From: Oikopleura dioica | Taxonomy: Eukaryota > Animalia > Chordata | NCBI GenBank assembly: GCA_907165135.1 | Contig: OU015570.1 | Location: 1,116,001 to 1,180,000 of the forward strand | Direction of reading: 5' to 3' | Length of the DNA: 64,000 nt | Shown: piece after piece, positions 11,010 through 22,769 of the stretch | How the letters are laid out: the number at the start of each line of letters is the position of its first letter | Numbering within the stretch: position 1 is the stretch's first letter | Made by a program: the position numbers and the translations under genes | The notes under the pieces: model-generated | The model's database searches: none | What the model was told of the DNA's origin: nothing | The model's input: the letters and a program-made list of their open reading frames with translations, nothing else

Positions 11010-13419
11010 TAAGACTTTGCTCCCAGATGATTATTCAAAAAAGAGAAGCCAAACACACATACCGCTATTCTTTCGCTTAGCCAATCAAGGGCAAAGTTAA
11101 GTGCTTTTCGGGAATTTTGTGGTAATAAAACCAAGAAAGCCGGCAAATATCCAAACGATATGAGTTGTCTCCATTTGCCCAAGATTTTCTTCAGTCTGAT
11201 TTCGGGTATCGCCGATATGAATTACAGTGGGTTGCGCAGGTAGTTGCCCTAAAGTGGTGTGTAAAGTGCGGGTGAAGGGTCAACCAATCCTGCAATCACT
11301 TTGAGCGAGTCTAGAAAGGAACAATAGAAAAAGTTCCCGCTGAGTTGGGACGCTTTTCGCGCCCGCCGAAATGGTGGCTGCGATAAGCGCCCCGGAAAAG
11401 CGCTTTCTCCTCGAGCGAGAATGGCCGCCAAGTTGAGACGGGTGGCGCTAAGAGGACCGTCTCAACTCAGCGGGAACTATTGTAACATAAATTGATTGAT
11501 CCTATAACTTCATTTAATTGGCGTCTTAACCAGTGTCCGATAATTTGAGCTAACGATTAAACTCATATTGGCTAGACGCTCAAATTTTCTCAAATTGAGA
11601 ACTCAAAAGGACTTGAGAAAACATTTTGAGAAGATTTTAGAGTTTGCTTGAGAGCAGGAAAATCTCATGAGTTTTCAAAATTCAGATTGAGCGAGCGCGC
11701 TGATATGCCCGCCGGTTGGCCCGGCGGCGAGTCGGCCCACCCACAGCGGATCATTTTTCACATCGTAGGCCCGTTGCGTAAGGCTGCGCAGTTACAAAAA
11801 TCGTCCGCCCCGCCTAGACTGTCTCGTGGACCGCGAGCGCCACCTTAAAATTTGATTTCTCATGCGAGCTCTCATCTCTGACCTCAAATTAAAGAACTTG
11901 AGTTCTCAAGCTTTGTTTCCTTGAGTTTAAGCGTTAGTTCAAATTATTGGACCCTGGTCTTAACAGTCAATCCCGGCTTCAAAACTTTTATCCCAGCTTT
12001 CCTAGCGTCAATCATGGTGGCTCAAACGTCAATCCTGGTATCTACAGCGTCCATCCCGGCTTTTTCGATGGCGATCCGGGTGTCACTTACTTCAATCCTA
12101 GCTTCTCAGACGTCAGTCCCGTTGTCAATCATAGCTTCTCAAATGTTGATCATTATTGCTAAAACCAAGTCAAAATTATATATATATACGGTATATGTAT
12201 TGTGATGTTTTATTCCGAGTACTTTTGTCCATAAGGACATCATCAGGGCTAAGAAAACAGTAAGATAGAGAAAATTAGAAGGTGCTTACTGAGAAAGGCG
12301 CATGGCCAGACTGATTTGAAAATAAAATAACAGTCGAAAACAAGACAAAAACAACACCAAGTTCAGGCAAGTTTTGCAGGTGGAAAGGGAGCGAGCAAAT
12401 CGCCCCATAACTCTCAAGTCAAATTGTTTTGAAAAGGAGTCAGCAGGAGCAAGGATTTTTACGAGGGAGCTCCTTTTTCAGGGTGATGGAGCAGGCAGTG
12501 TTTCAAATTTGTGTTTCCCTATTTCCCTAAAATGGGAAACAGTTTCCCTGTTTCCATTTTTGACAGGGAACCGGGAAACAGGGAAACACGCATTTCTTCT
12601 GAGAGTGGGAAACAGGAAAACAGGGAAACAGCCATTTTTCAAAACAGGAAAACAGGGAAACCAGAGTTCGAAATCTAAGGGAGTAAATTTGGGAGCACGT
12701 AGGGAGCAGCAGCACAGGTTTCCAGGGCTGGGAGTAAATTGGGAGCTCCCAATTTCAAAAAATTTTGAAAATCAACAATTTTTAGTCTAGAATCTAATCT
12801 GCGCACCGAAAAATGAGAAACGCTGACTTTATAGTATTTTTCTTAGAAGAGACGTTTTTTTTGACTAGATATATTTATAAACGTCTCGTTTGAAATTTCA
12901 TATAAATAAATTGCCAAAATAACATCTAGTTTGTATTTAATTTTAAAATTTAAATTTAAATAAAATTTGATTCAAATAAAAAGCCTAGAATTGACCTAGA
13001 TTTGGTTATATACTTTCAATAAGAAAACATTGAAGTCATTCACCAAATTCGCCTATTTGCCATAATGCCTATTTATACTTTCTTAATCATCGCTATATTA
13101 TATTTTTTTTTTAATAACCATACAACGATGGTGTTGCTACTTAGAGTTTATGTTACAAAATGAAAAAATTTCAAAAATTTTTGAAATTTGAAAAAAGGGA
13201 GCAAAATTGGGAGCTCCAAAGGGAGCTCCCTTTTTGGGAGCAGGAGCACAGGTTTTTACGAGGGAGCTCCCTTTTTCCAGGGTAAGGGAGCGGGAGCACG
13301 AATTTTCTACCAGATTTCGAACTTTGAGGGAAACTGTTTCCCTGTTTCCCTATTGATGATTTTTTTCTGAGAGCCCCCGTTTCTATCAAAAACCCTCTCT
13401 AGAATGCAGTTTTGTTCGA

Positions 13420-13620
13420 TGGCACTCGATGTACCGCATTGACGGACGTACCGCATCGATGGATGTACCGCAATTGCGGTACATCGATTGTTTTGCAGAA
13501 ATGCGGTACGTCGATCGTTTTTGCCGTCAAATTTCCAGAACGCGCTTATTGGTCAGTGAAGATGCGGTACGTCGATCGTTTTTCATTCCTTATGCGGTAC
13601 ATCGATCGTTTTTAGGTTTC
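13420..13620. repeat. degenerate atgcggtac(a/g)tcgat tandem repeat, part of a dispersed repeat also at ~15410-15600
   Basis: Repeated motif; downstream cttacttatgaattcctggtcgac..ctgtcagccgaaga shared by both loci. Confidence 0.7.
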
Positions 13621-13899
13621 AAAAAGTAATTAAGGCTTTCAATTTGAAAGTTTCAAATCTTACTTATGAATTCCTGGTCGACCCCCTGTCAGCCGAAGAT
13701 AACAGCCCAAAATTTTAAAGTTTCAAAGAATTTTTAAAGACTGTTACTGTAAATATCCAGCCCTGATTTTAGGACCTATTAGGCCTTAAAGGCCATTTTG
13801 ATTATAAAAGGAGTGCACATTCTTCAATTTTGAGCCTAACCTTGCGCTCGATGCCAAATCGGACGATCTACGATCATCAGGCGTTCTGTAGGGAAACCA

Positions 13900-14168
13900 G
13901 GGGACGTGCATGTTATGTCCCCGAATGTCCCCGATTTTATTTTTTATAAAAAGTAAAATTATTTAGCAAATATTTTTGTTCTAGAAACTCAACAGTAAAA
14001 GGCGCGAAAAAGATGTTTGACCTGTCAGTTAAAGGAGTTTTCTTGGACGCACTGACTTTGTCGCCTAATGTCGCCATTTTGTTCAAAATAGCCTCAAATT
14101 AAAAAAATTCGCCGACATAGTCAGTGTCAGCCGGTCGTTCGGGACGTTCGGGGACATAACATGCGTCT
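13900..14168. mobile_element. MITE with TIR catgttatgtccccgaa, carrying a short nested relative at ~14045-14132
   Basis: gcatgttatgtccccgaa versus ttcggggacataacatgc inverted pair. Confidence 0.55.
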
Positions 14169-15934
14169 ACTGTACAAGATGGTTACTTAGCATTTTGTTA
14201 ATGCATTCGTGGTTTTAGTTTCAGCAATTTTTTGGACAATTTTGAGAAACCGATTTCAAATCGCTCAATAAAGAAAATATTAAAATATAAATGAAAAAAA
14301 GAAAAGAATTCGGATTGCTTTTTAGGCAGGATTGCTTTTGAAGTAAGAATTGTTCGACGTTGATTGAGGTGCAATGAAAGTTTTATCTGGACGACTATAT
14401 CCTAAAGGCTAAGCAATAACCTGCATAACCAGTAATTTATCTTTAATGGGTTTACTTTCAAGCTGCGACTCTTCACGCGCATTTGTATTGACAAGTTCAA
14501 AATACGCTTTTTCGGCAATTCTATCATAAGTCTGATGAGACATATTTACATGTGTGGCGTAAAAATGAAAGAAGTCAAATAAATATGCACTCTAGAAAGT
14601 AAGATACCGTGGTTTTTCATCTTAAGAGCGCCCAACTTAAGAGCGTTTTGCCAATACAGTCCTTGCGCACAATTCCGGAACTTTTTTTTCCAGCGAAAAT
14701 CGCAAAATGTCCGGAATTGTGCGGATTTCGAGATAAAATTTTTCTTCTCTAAAAAGTCTGTTTTCCATATTTTGTCATCTGAGAAAATCCAAACTTAAGA
14801 GCGTTTTTAGGAATTTTTAACCCCATGCGTCTCGGTCAGAGCACCCCTGTGCGACTCGCGTGGGAATTTTTTCACCCGCCCATCTAGAACAATGTTGTGC
14901 ATTATTTTACGCTTCTTCAGAGCAAAATGAGCTGACTCTCGTGTTATCACAGTCTGGGAGACAGATAATCTTTAATTTTCGGTGTTTTTAGTCGAGCTAG
15001 AGATTGTAATTTTGTAATGTACACAATGTAATAATTTTCATGTTCTCGAGTCGAAAACGCACCAGCTTCAAAGCGTTCATTGGATTCTCTAGACAAATTT
15101 TATGTTCTCGAGACAAAATGGTCATTTTCTACTATTTTTTACGATTAACTCGATGAAGAAAAATACTAACATATCATTTTTATAGTTTTAGCAGATTGGA
15201 AATCTGACGTTGATTCTTATTCTTTTTGAATTTTCTGATTTGGACAAAATTGGCCGAGAAATTTGCAAAAAAGGGGCGCGGGGAAAAATTGATTAATAAT
15301 TAGAATAACGTTTCTTTCAACCTTAAAAAATAGGTAAAAATGACCTTAGATGCATTTTTAGAGTTTTGGAAAAAGTTCATTTTTCGTCTTTTGCCGAAAT
15401 ATTTCTAGAACGCGTTTTTGGCAAGTGAGGATGCGGAACGTCGATCGTTTTTGTGAAAATGCGGTACATCGGTTGCTTTTCGCCTTCAAAAAGTGATAAA
15501 AGCTTTCGACTCTTACTTATGAATTCCTGGTCGACCCACCTGTCAGCCGAAGATTACGGCCCATTTTTTAAAGGTGTAAAGAAATTTTTGAAGACTAAAA
15601 CAAAAAAATGGTCATTTTTTGTTCAGAAGAAGCTATATCATATAGGCTATATGATATAGCCTATTATTCGCTTTCGCTTTTTACCAAAAATTTTCGCGAA
15701 AATTTCGCTCAAAAGAATTCTTTCCAGGAGTTGAAAATTTCGCCTTTTTTGCTTAGCTTTAGCTTAAACTCAAGTGGAAATTTTGCTGAATGAGCTAAGC
15801 TGGCACTTGCAAAAGCTGTGCTGAGAGAAATTTTACTGTTTTCAAAGTAGCCAATATTGTGAGATGCGCTGAGCTCAGCTGTCCTTCCCAAAAAATCATT
15901 GAGCTGAGCTGACTCTTCAAATTCATTCAATTAA

Positions 15935-16066
15935 CCCGTTAACAGGGTGGTCGATTTCGCCTACGCTTTTGCCTATCTGTGATTGAGTGAAATCATGAAT
16001 CCGGGCATGCGATTGGCTACTCATTTCCACGCGTGGCCGTGAGACGGCCACGCGCCAGTTAACGGG
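15935..16066. mobile_element. piggyBac-like MITE (132 bp)
   Basis: TTAA|CCCGTTAAC ... GTTAACGGG|TTAA; internal 11-bp-stem hairpin cgcgtggccgt-gag-acggccacgcg. Confidence 0.8.
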
Positions 16067-16278
16067 TTAATCAGAGCAAGGCAGCCAAGATTTAAAAATG
16101 ACCTGATTTGACCTGAGCTGAGCCACACAGCCTCTTCAGCTCACTAACCTTAGAAAATTTGCAATTTGAAAAATCGGAGCGGGAGTCCGAATGAAGTGGT
16201 CTCTATTTTCCTGAGTCGCCGCTTGCCCAAGATCTGTGTTTGCCCAACTTGGGGAATCGGCGAATTGGAAAAACGGCG

Positions 16279-16728
16279 GGGCGCACTGGTTATGTCGCCG
16301 AATGTCGCCGAATGTCGCCGAATGTCGCTGAATGTCGCCGAATGTCGCCGAATGTCGCCGAATGTCGCCACTTATTTTCGAAAAAATAGGAATTATGAAA
16401 GAAAAATTGTTTTTTTGGCTCAAATATTCAAAACAAACTTGTTCTAGAACCGTAAAAGGCGGGAATAGTAGGAGGCGCGGCAATAGAAGTGTGTCCAGCC
16501 CGACCAGTGAGTTTCCTACCACAAATTGCGCGGAGCGCTTCCTTGCCTCGAAATTATGCTAAAACAGTTCTTGAACAAGTTTGTTTTGAAATTTCTTGGT
16601 TGAAAACTAGTTTTCTTTCCAAAAATCCTGGTTTTAAAAAATAGGTGGCGACATTCGGCGACATTCGGCGACATTCAGCGACATTCGGCGACATTCGGCG
16701 ACATTCGGCGACATAACCAGTGTCGACC
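16279..16728. mobile_element. MULE-like MITE with 9-bp TSD and decamer subterminal arrays
   Basis: TSD aaaacggcg (16270-16278, 16729-16737); TIR cactggttatgtcgccg; (atgtcgccga)n at both ends in inverted orientation. Confidence 0.8.
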
Positions 16729-18620
16729 AAAACGGCGATGTATTATAATTTAAATTGACTGATCTTATAATTTTATATATTGGCCTCCCCACAATCAATT
16801 CTGACATCACCATCTTTGATTATCAATCTATATAAATTTATTCACATCGCTGTTTGCCCAAGATCTCCGTTTCCAAAAGTAAGGTAAACGACGATTTTGG
16901 GAGACGGCGACTTGGGTAAACGGCGACGCGGGCAAACTGAGACCACCCTCCATAAAGTAATAAAAATGAAACCATACATGAAATGGACACTTTCTCAAAG
17001 GTTAAATAATTCCGGAAAATTTTCGCTTTTTTCGCTTTTAAGAAAAATTTTTCGCTTCGCTTCGCTTTCGCTCACGAAATTTTGATTCGCTTCGCTTCGC
17101 TTTCGCTTAAAATTTTTGAAAAATGTTCGCTTTCGCTTTTCATTTTTGGCCAAAATCCAGACCCCTGGCCTATATGGTATTAACAGTAGAGATATTTATA
17201 AGGAAAACTATCTCTATTATAAGTACTTAATATTCAATTTATCGTTCTTGAGGATCTCTCCAAGATAAACTCTATCTGTTGACTAATTCACGAATCTTGA
17301 GGAAAGCTCGAAAAAATGAAAAACGACGTTCAGGAAACCGAGTATATGAGCAATAATAATATTAGTAGACTCTGTCTTATATGATATAAGTTATATCTTA
17401 TAAGAAAGCGTCTTGGCAAATAAGTTCAGTGGGTTGCGCAGGTAGTGCACACTGTGTGATTGCGGCGTTGGTGCACCCTTGGGGCGCCCTGGGAATGTCT
17501 CCGAATGTCTCCAAAAATAAGAAAAATATTCTAGAAACTACGAATATCCGAATTTTGTTCGGACCAGAGTTCGTAATGTAAAATGTAACTGCCACTGCCA
17601 AGACGCGCTTTTTAAGGTTGGGGTATTTAAATCTCCCACTAACTTCTTTTTAGGCCCGGAACGCCATATATATTTAGAATCAGTAGGAAAAATCTAGAAA
17701 CTTGACCGTAGCCGATTCTCAAAAATCACTTCCGGTAGCGATTCTAGAGCCGGAAGTTAATGAAATTAAGGTGTTAGGGTGAAGTGTGACCTATCAAATT
17801 GATCCTCAGACGATTTTCTATCGTTTAAGAAAAAAATCAACACCAACGGGGATCAACCCAACCGGAAAAACTGAAAAGAATTTCATCATTTTATGTCTTT
17901 TTTAACAAATTTTACCGGTGGGTTTGACCACGTTTGAGACTGTTTCTTCTAATATATTGATTATAGGATGATTCAAAATCTTCTGAGCATTAATTTGATA
18001 GGTCACACTTCACCCTAATACCTAAACTTGAGTGACTGCCGAAATTGGCAGCTGCCAGTGGCAGCCATGGCAGTACTGCCAACAAATTTCGAACTCTGGT
18101 CCGGACGAAAAGAGGCGCGTAAATGAAAGTGCTACCTACCCGATCAATGAGTTTTCTACCACAAATTGCGCGGAGCGCTTAATTATAGGCTAATAACTTA
18201 TAAGGGACTTTCGATGCAGTAAGAGGGATGAGAAAGAATACCGATGATTTCAATGCATTGCCCCGAAAAATCGAGGTATCCATATATGGATACCTGCCCT
18301 TTTCCGCACGAAGGCGCTCTTGTGCTAGCCTAAAAAGTCCTCACCTCTTTCTTACTTTTGCTTCAGAGCAGACTCAATTAAAAAAATGACAAATGGAGGT
18401 GTTTTGACCTGTTGGTGGTGTTATTACGTAATAATATTAATAATGTAATAATAATCAAACTTATTAAATACAAAATAAATTAAAAAATTAAAAAAAACAA
18501 TAAACTAATTAATAAGAATTTATTATGAATTCTTAATCTTCGTAAGTTTAATTATCTTAGGAAGAAATTTAGAAAACTAATAAAAATTTCAAAATCGCTT
18601 GAACCTAAATGGATAAAAAA

Positions 18621-18692
18621 GTCACAGATCGAGATTCGAACTCGCAACGCACGCTCCATACCCCAGAGCGCTACCGCTAAGCTACTGATTTC
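18621..18692 (-). pseudogene. tRNA-derived sequence (SINE head or tRNA pseudogene)
   Basis: Minus strand has A box TAGCTTAGCGGTAG and B box GAGTTCGAATCTC, followed by a T-run; acceptor stem and anticodon loop are non-canonical. Confidence 0.6.
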
Positions 18693-19067
18693 CGATGAAA
18701 GCCCGAAATTTTTAGTCAATAAATTAAATAGAGAGGACCCTATTTTTCTTTAAATTTTTTGATTTTAGTTAAATGAACCCCCATCAAGAATCGCATATCG
18801 ACCTACCCGTTGTTGACTTTTAAGGAGGTGTGGGGCGGTCTGGCGAAAATTTGAATTTCAAAGTTTTCCTTCTATTTTTTAAATTAAATGGGCCGTCTCA
18901 GCCGAGTCACGCTAACTTGCCCAAGACGCTCACTTCCCCAAGGTTGTGCAATAAGCGTCTGGGATGATCCAGAGATGATTGTATAGCCCAAAAAATTTTC
19001 GAGCGGAGTGCAGCGGTGAGTGGAAAAAATAGTTGAGCGAGTGGAGTGGGTGAGCGGAGTGGATTTT

Positions 19068-19386
19068 CAGCCCCGTCCCTGGCTTTTTAAATTAAATGGG
19101 CTTGACGGCCCTTCGGGCCGTCTCAGCCCCGTCCCTGGCTTTTTAAATTAAATGGGCTTGACGGCCCTTCGGGCCGTCTCAGCCCCGTCCCTGGCTTTTT
19201 AAATTAAATGGGCTTGACGGCCCTTCGGGCCGTCTCAGCCCCGTCCCTGGCTTTTTAAATTAAATGGGCTTGACGGCCCTTCGGGCCGTCTCAGCCCCGT
19301 CCCTGGCTTTTTAAATTAAATGGGCTTGACGGCCCTTCGGGCCGTCTCAGCCCCGTCCCTGGCTTTTTAAATTAAATGGGCTTGAC
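19068..19386. repeat. 56-bp tandem array (~5.7 near-identical copies), each with the hairpin gacggccc-ttc-gggccgtc
   Basis: Direct reading; same family at 25790-25900, 40570-40626, 53620-54260, 59735-59820, 60378-60690 and 61110-61197. Confidence 0.9.
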
Positions 19387-19954
19387 TAAGGCTGGGATAA
19401 GAAGATAGGGTAGAGATGATCAGTCTCAGTTCTATCCCCAACCCCACCCACACCCGTTTCTAAATGAACCTCACTTTATTCTTCCTGAATTTTAATTATG
19501 GTTTTTTCTTCAAATGAATTAACATACTGAATTATTCCCTTGAAGAGATAATTTTTTCCTCAATTCGCTTAAAATTCTTCCATCTCCTGGGTCCTGCGGG
19601 GTCCTCCAAGATGTCACATGATAAAAATTTAGTAAATATATATTTAGGAGTAAAAATAAAGTTTTAAATATGGTTCCCCAAGAAGACAATTTAGTTTTCT
19701 GTCAAAATCTTCCATCAGGTGAGGTCCTCCGGGGTCCTCCGAAAATCCACGTGACTTCTTATCATGAAATGATTTTGTTTACGGGAGGAGAAATTAGTAA
19801 ATGAAGAATTCCCTGGAAGAAGATTCTTCTTCCTTCAATATAAAATTCTTCCACTAGGAGGGGTCCTCCAGGCATGGAAGAAGGAGATCAATGCTCGCTT
19901 GGTGTCGCTAATTCGTGCTTTAGTTTTCGGGGCAATCATCAAAAATCATCGGTA

Positions 19955-20399
19955 AAAACTATAAATAAGGCTAATGTTACTGGAAAATTGGCAAATTTAA
20001 GGCATTTCTGGTCCGTTTTTGCGAGAAAAAATGTTCATTTTCATATTTTTCACTTCGAAGGGGGTTGAGTACAATCGGTAAGAGACGATATTTTCACTTT
20101 TTGATTTTTGAGATTTTTGACAATTAATTTTTTGGTTTGGTAAAAATCATGGTTTGGTAAAATTCCTGATTTGGTAAGATTTCAGAAATTTTCCCAAACC
20201 AGGATTCTTACAAAACCATGACTCTTACCAAACCAGGAATTTTACCAAACCAGGAAGTGAAAATATCGTCTCTTACCGATTGTACTCAACCCCCTTCGAA
20301 GTGAAAAATATGAAAATGAAAATTTTTTTCGCAAAAACGGACCAGAAATGCCGCAAATTTGCCAATTTTCCAGTAACATTAGCCTTATTTATAGTTTTT
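19955..20399. mobile_element. palindromic MITE, ~140 bp TIRs
   Basis: aaaactataaataaggc...gatattttcactt inverted at 20255-20399; TA flanks. Confidence 0.8.
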
Positions 20400-20799
20400 A
20401 TTCTTTCTAATCCCTCTTACTGCATCAAAATGACTCATTATAGAGTTTTTTGTTCCTCAGAATCAGAAGAATCCGATTCAATGGTCAGAAAATGATTTTA
20501 AGGGGTACCAAAACTCGACCTAGGTACCCTTAAATTTCTCGAGTCACGTGACTTGTTAATTTTATTTATTTCAGTTTAATTTTTTATTTCGATTTTCGTG
20601 TTACTCAGATCACGGGAGTAATTTTTACAACAAAAATCTTTCGAGTGTAATTGAAAATTTTGTCGAAAATCGGCTTTGAAACGGTTAATGGTGTCTGGAA
20701 CCGACAAAAATTGAGTTTGCTGAATCCATGCTTCTGATTGGTTGAAAATTTCAGAAAATGAGCGCCACTTAAACGCGCTTCAGCGCCATCCAGTTACAG

Positions 20800-21400
20800 G
20801 ATCATCAGAAACGTAAGCAAGCGGGCTTTGAGCGATTGATCCATCAGCGTCAGCAGGAGTGCCTGTTTGTCGATCGTCCACGTTGTAATGAAAAATGAAA
20901 TTCAAATTGAGCAAGGCTGACATTTGTAGCCAAATTTGCGAGTATTTCTAGAAATAATTCTTGTGTTTTTCGAACTGTTTTGATCTCATTTTCAAGATCA
21001 CAGGTAAGAAGCTCGTTCCAGAGTAATCTTTTCGATATGAACATCTTATCTTTTGTCTCAAGAACATGAGGGCCAATAGGTTTAAGGCTCTCGTTTTTTA
21101 CGATCTTGTCGCGTCTTTTTATTGGGATAACAAAGCTGTATGGGGAGCAAGCAATTTAAGCTCCTATTCTCGTCGATGAGCTTTTTTGTAGAGAATAATT
21201 TGAACTCGAGTGCATGCGGTGGGTGCAAATATCGAATACAAAAAGGGGTCCAACGAGTCGAATAGCCATCCAATTGGGCTTGTGCGGGCCATGACCGGGT
21301 TTAATCTCAAGCAGGTTCCCTCTGCATTAAAGCTGACTAGTCGGTTTTTGAATTTTGAAATCATGGAGTCAACGAGTTCCATGTCACAATAATATTTTTG
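20800..21400 (-). pseudogene. env: env-like remnant of element B
   Basis: QDRKKR followed, with a frameshift, by ALNLLALMFL, then heptad-like LENEIKTVRKTQELFLEILANLA; lies downstream of element B pol. Confidence 0.45.
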
Positions 21401-21622
21401 CAGCTAGCTGTTTTTGATGGACTTTCTTCATACAGTCGGCATCTAGGTTGTCTCACAGTAAAACTTCTGGGAGATTGGACATTTCCCTTGCACAAGCTTT
21501 GAGCCAGGATACCACACCGCGCTACTAGCCTAGATATGGGGGCGCAACGGAGCCCGGGCGCTGATATGAAAAGCGTCAGCAAGGAGATGGAAGAGAAAGC
21601 TTATTTATATAAATTATATAAA

Positions 21623-21760
21623 GGTTAGGGTTAGGGGGCACTGGGCAAAATGACAGAACAAACTTACCCGAGGGGGATAGGCTCGGTAACCCTAAGTAAC
21701 CCTAGACTAGACCCCGGCATCTTAGGCCCGAAAGGGCGGAGCCCCGAGGTAAGGAGCACT
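21623..21760 (+). mobile_element. non-autonomous Helitron-like element, copy 1 (others on the minus strand at ~42100-42262, 48847-49010, 55307-55468)
   Basis: Four ~150 bp copies; 3' hairpin GGGC-GGA/GAA-GCCC about 12-16 nt before a CTAG/ATAG/GTAG-like end; no TIR or TSD seen. Confidence 0.55.
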
Positions 21761-21786
21761 AGAATTTGATAAATTTCTGACCAAAC

Positions 21787-22615
21787 CAGTCAGAGTAAAA
21801 GAAGGCGCGTAAATAGAAGTGTGACCTGGTCAATTAGTGAGTTTCCTTCCCACTAAACCCCGGAGCAGGCAGAAAATAATATCAATATCATTAAGTCTTT
21901 TTATATATAAGAACAATTGTAAATTCTTCTGGTTCTGAATCTAAAAGCGATAAGCTTTCCTTTTCAATCTCCTCGCTGATGCTTTTCATATCAGCGCGCG
22001 GGCTCCGTTGCGCCCCCATAGCTAGGCTAGTAGCGCGGTGTGGCATCCTGGCTCAAAGCTTGTGCAAGGGAAATGTCCAACCATCCAAACATCTTCCTCT
22101 TTGTCATCATTGTAGAGAATTTGTATCTCATTTGTTTTTGATTTTTGAAAAAGATTCTGGCGCTTTTGAGATGGCGCTAGAATAACAGTATTTTCAAGAT
22201 CAGTCAGAGTAAAAGAAGGCGCGTAAATAGAAGTGTGACCTGGTCAATTAGTGAGTTTCCTTCCCACTAAACCCCCGGAGCAGGCAGAAAATAATATCAA
22301 TATCATTAAGTCTTTTTATATATAAGAACAATTGTAAATTCTTCTGGTTCTGAATCTAAAAGCGATAAGCTTTCCTTTTCAATCTCCTCGCTGATGCTTT
22401 TCATATCAGCGCGCGGGCTCCGTTGCGCCCCCATAGCTAGGCTAGTAGCGCGGTGTGGCATCCTGGCTCAAAGCTTGTGCAAGGGAAATGTCCAACCATC
22501 CAAACATCTTCCTCTTTGTCATCATTGTAGAGAATTTGTATCTCATTTGTTTTTGATTTTTGAAAAAGATTCTGGCGCTTTTGAGATGGCGCTAGAATAA
22601 CAGTATTTTCAAGAT
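21787..22615. repeat. tandem duplication of a ~414 bp unit containing an inverted copy of 21475-21585
   Basis: Identical ORFs at 21979 and 22394; the segment gctgatgcttttc...aatgtccaa is the reverse complement of 21475-21585. Confidence 0.9.
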
Positions 22616-22769
22616 CATAATTTTGCTTTTTATAAGCATTTTTTCTTTTGTGTCTTTTTTGATTTTGAGTAGGCTTTACTGAATGTAACCAACAAGCATT
22701 CATCCCTCATTTTTTTGATTTTGAGGCTTTACAGAAAAGGTGAATTTATATCTTCTCCCTTCTCCTCTT

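Noticed and set aside
10931-11220. Possible host exon on the minus strand
   Set aside because: No recognisable domain or partner exons; the ORF runs into a MITE.
19068-19386. CRISPR-like array (regular palindromic repeats; also 53620-54260)
   Set aside because: Units are contiguous and the inter-hairpin sequence is identical or near-identical, so there are no unique spacers; no cas genes; eukaryotic context.
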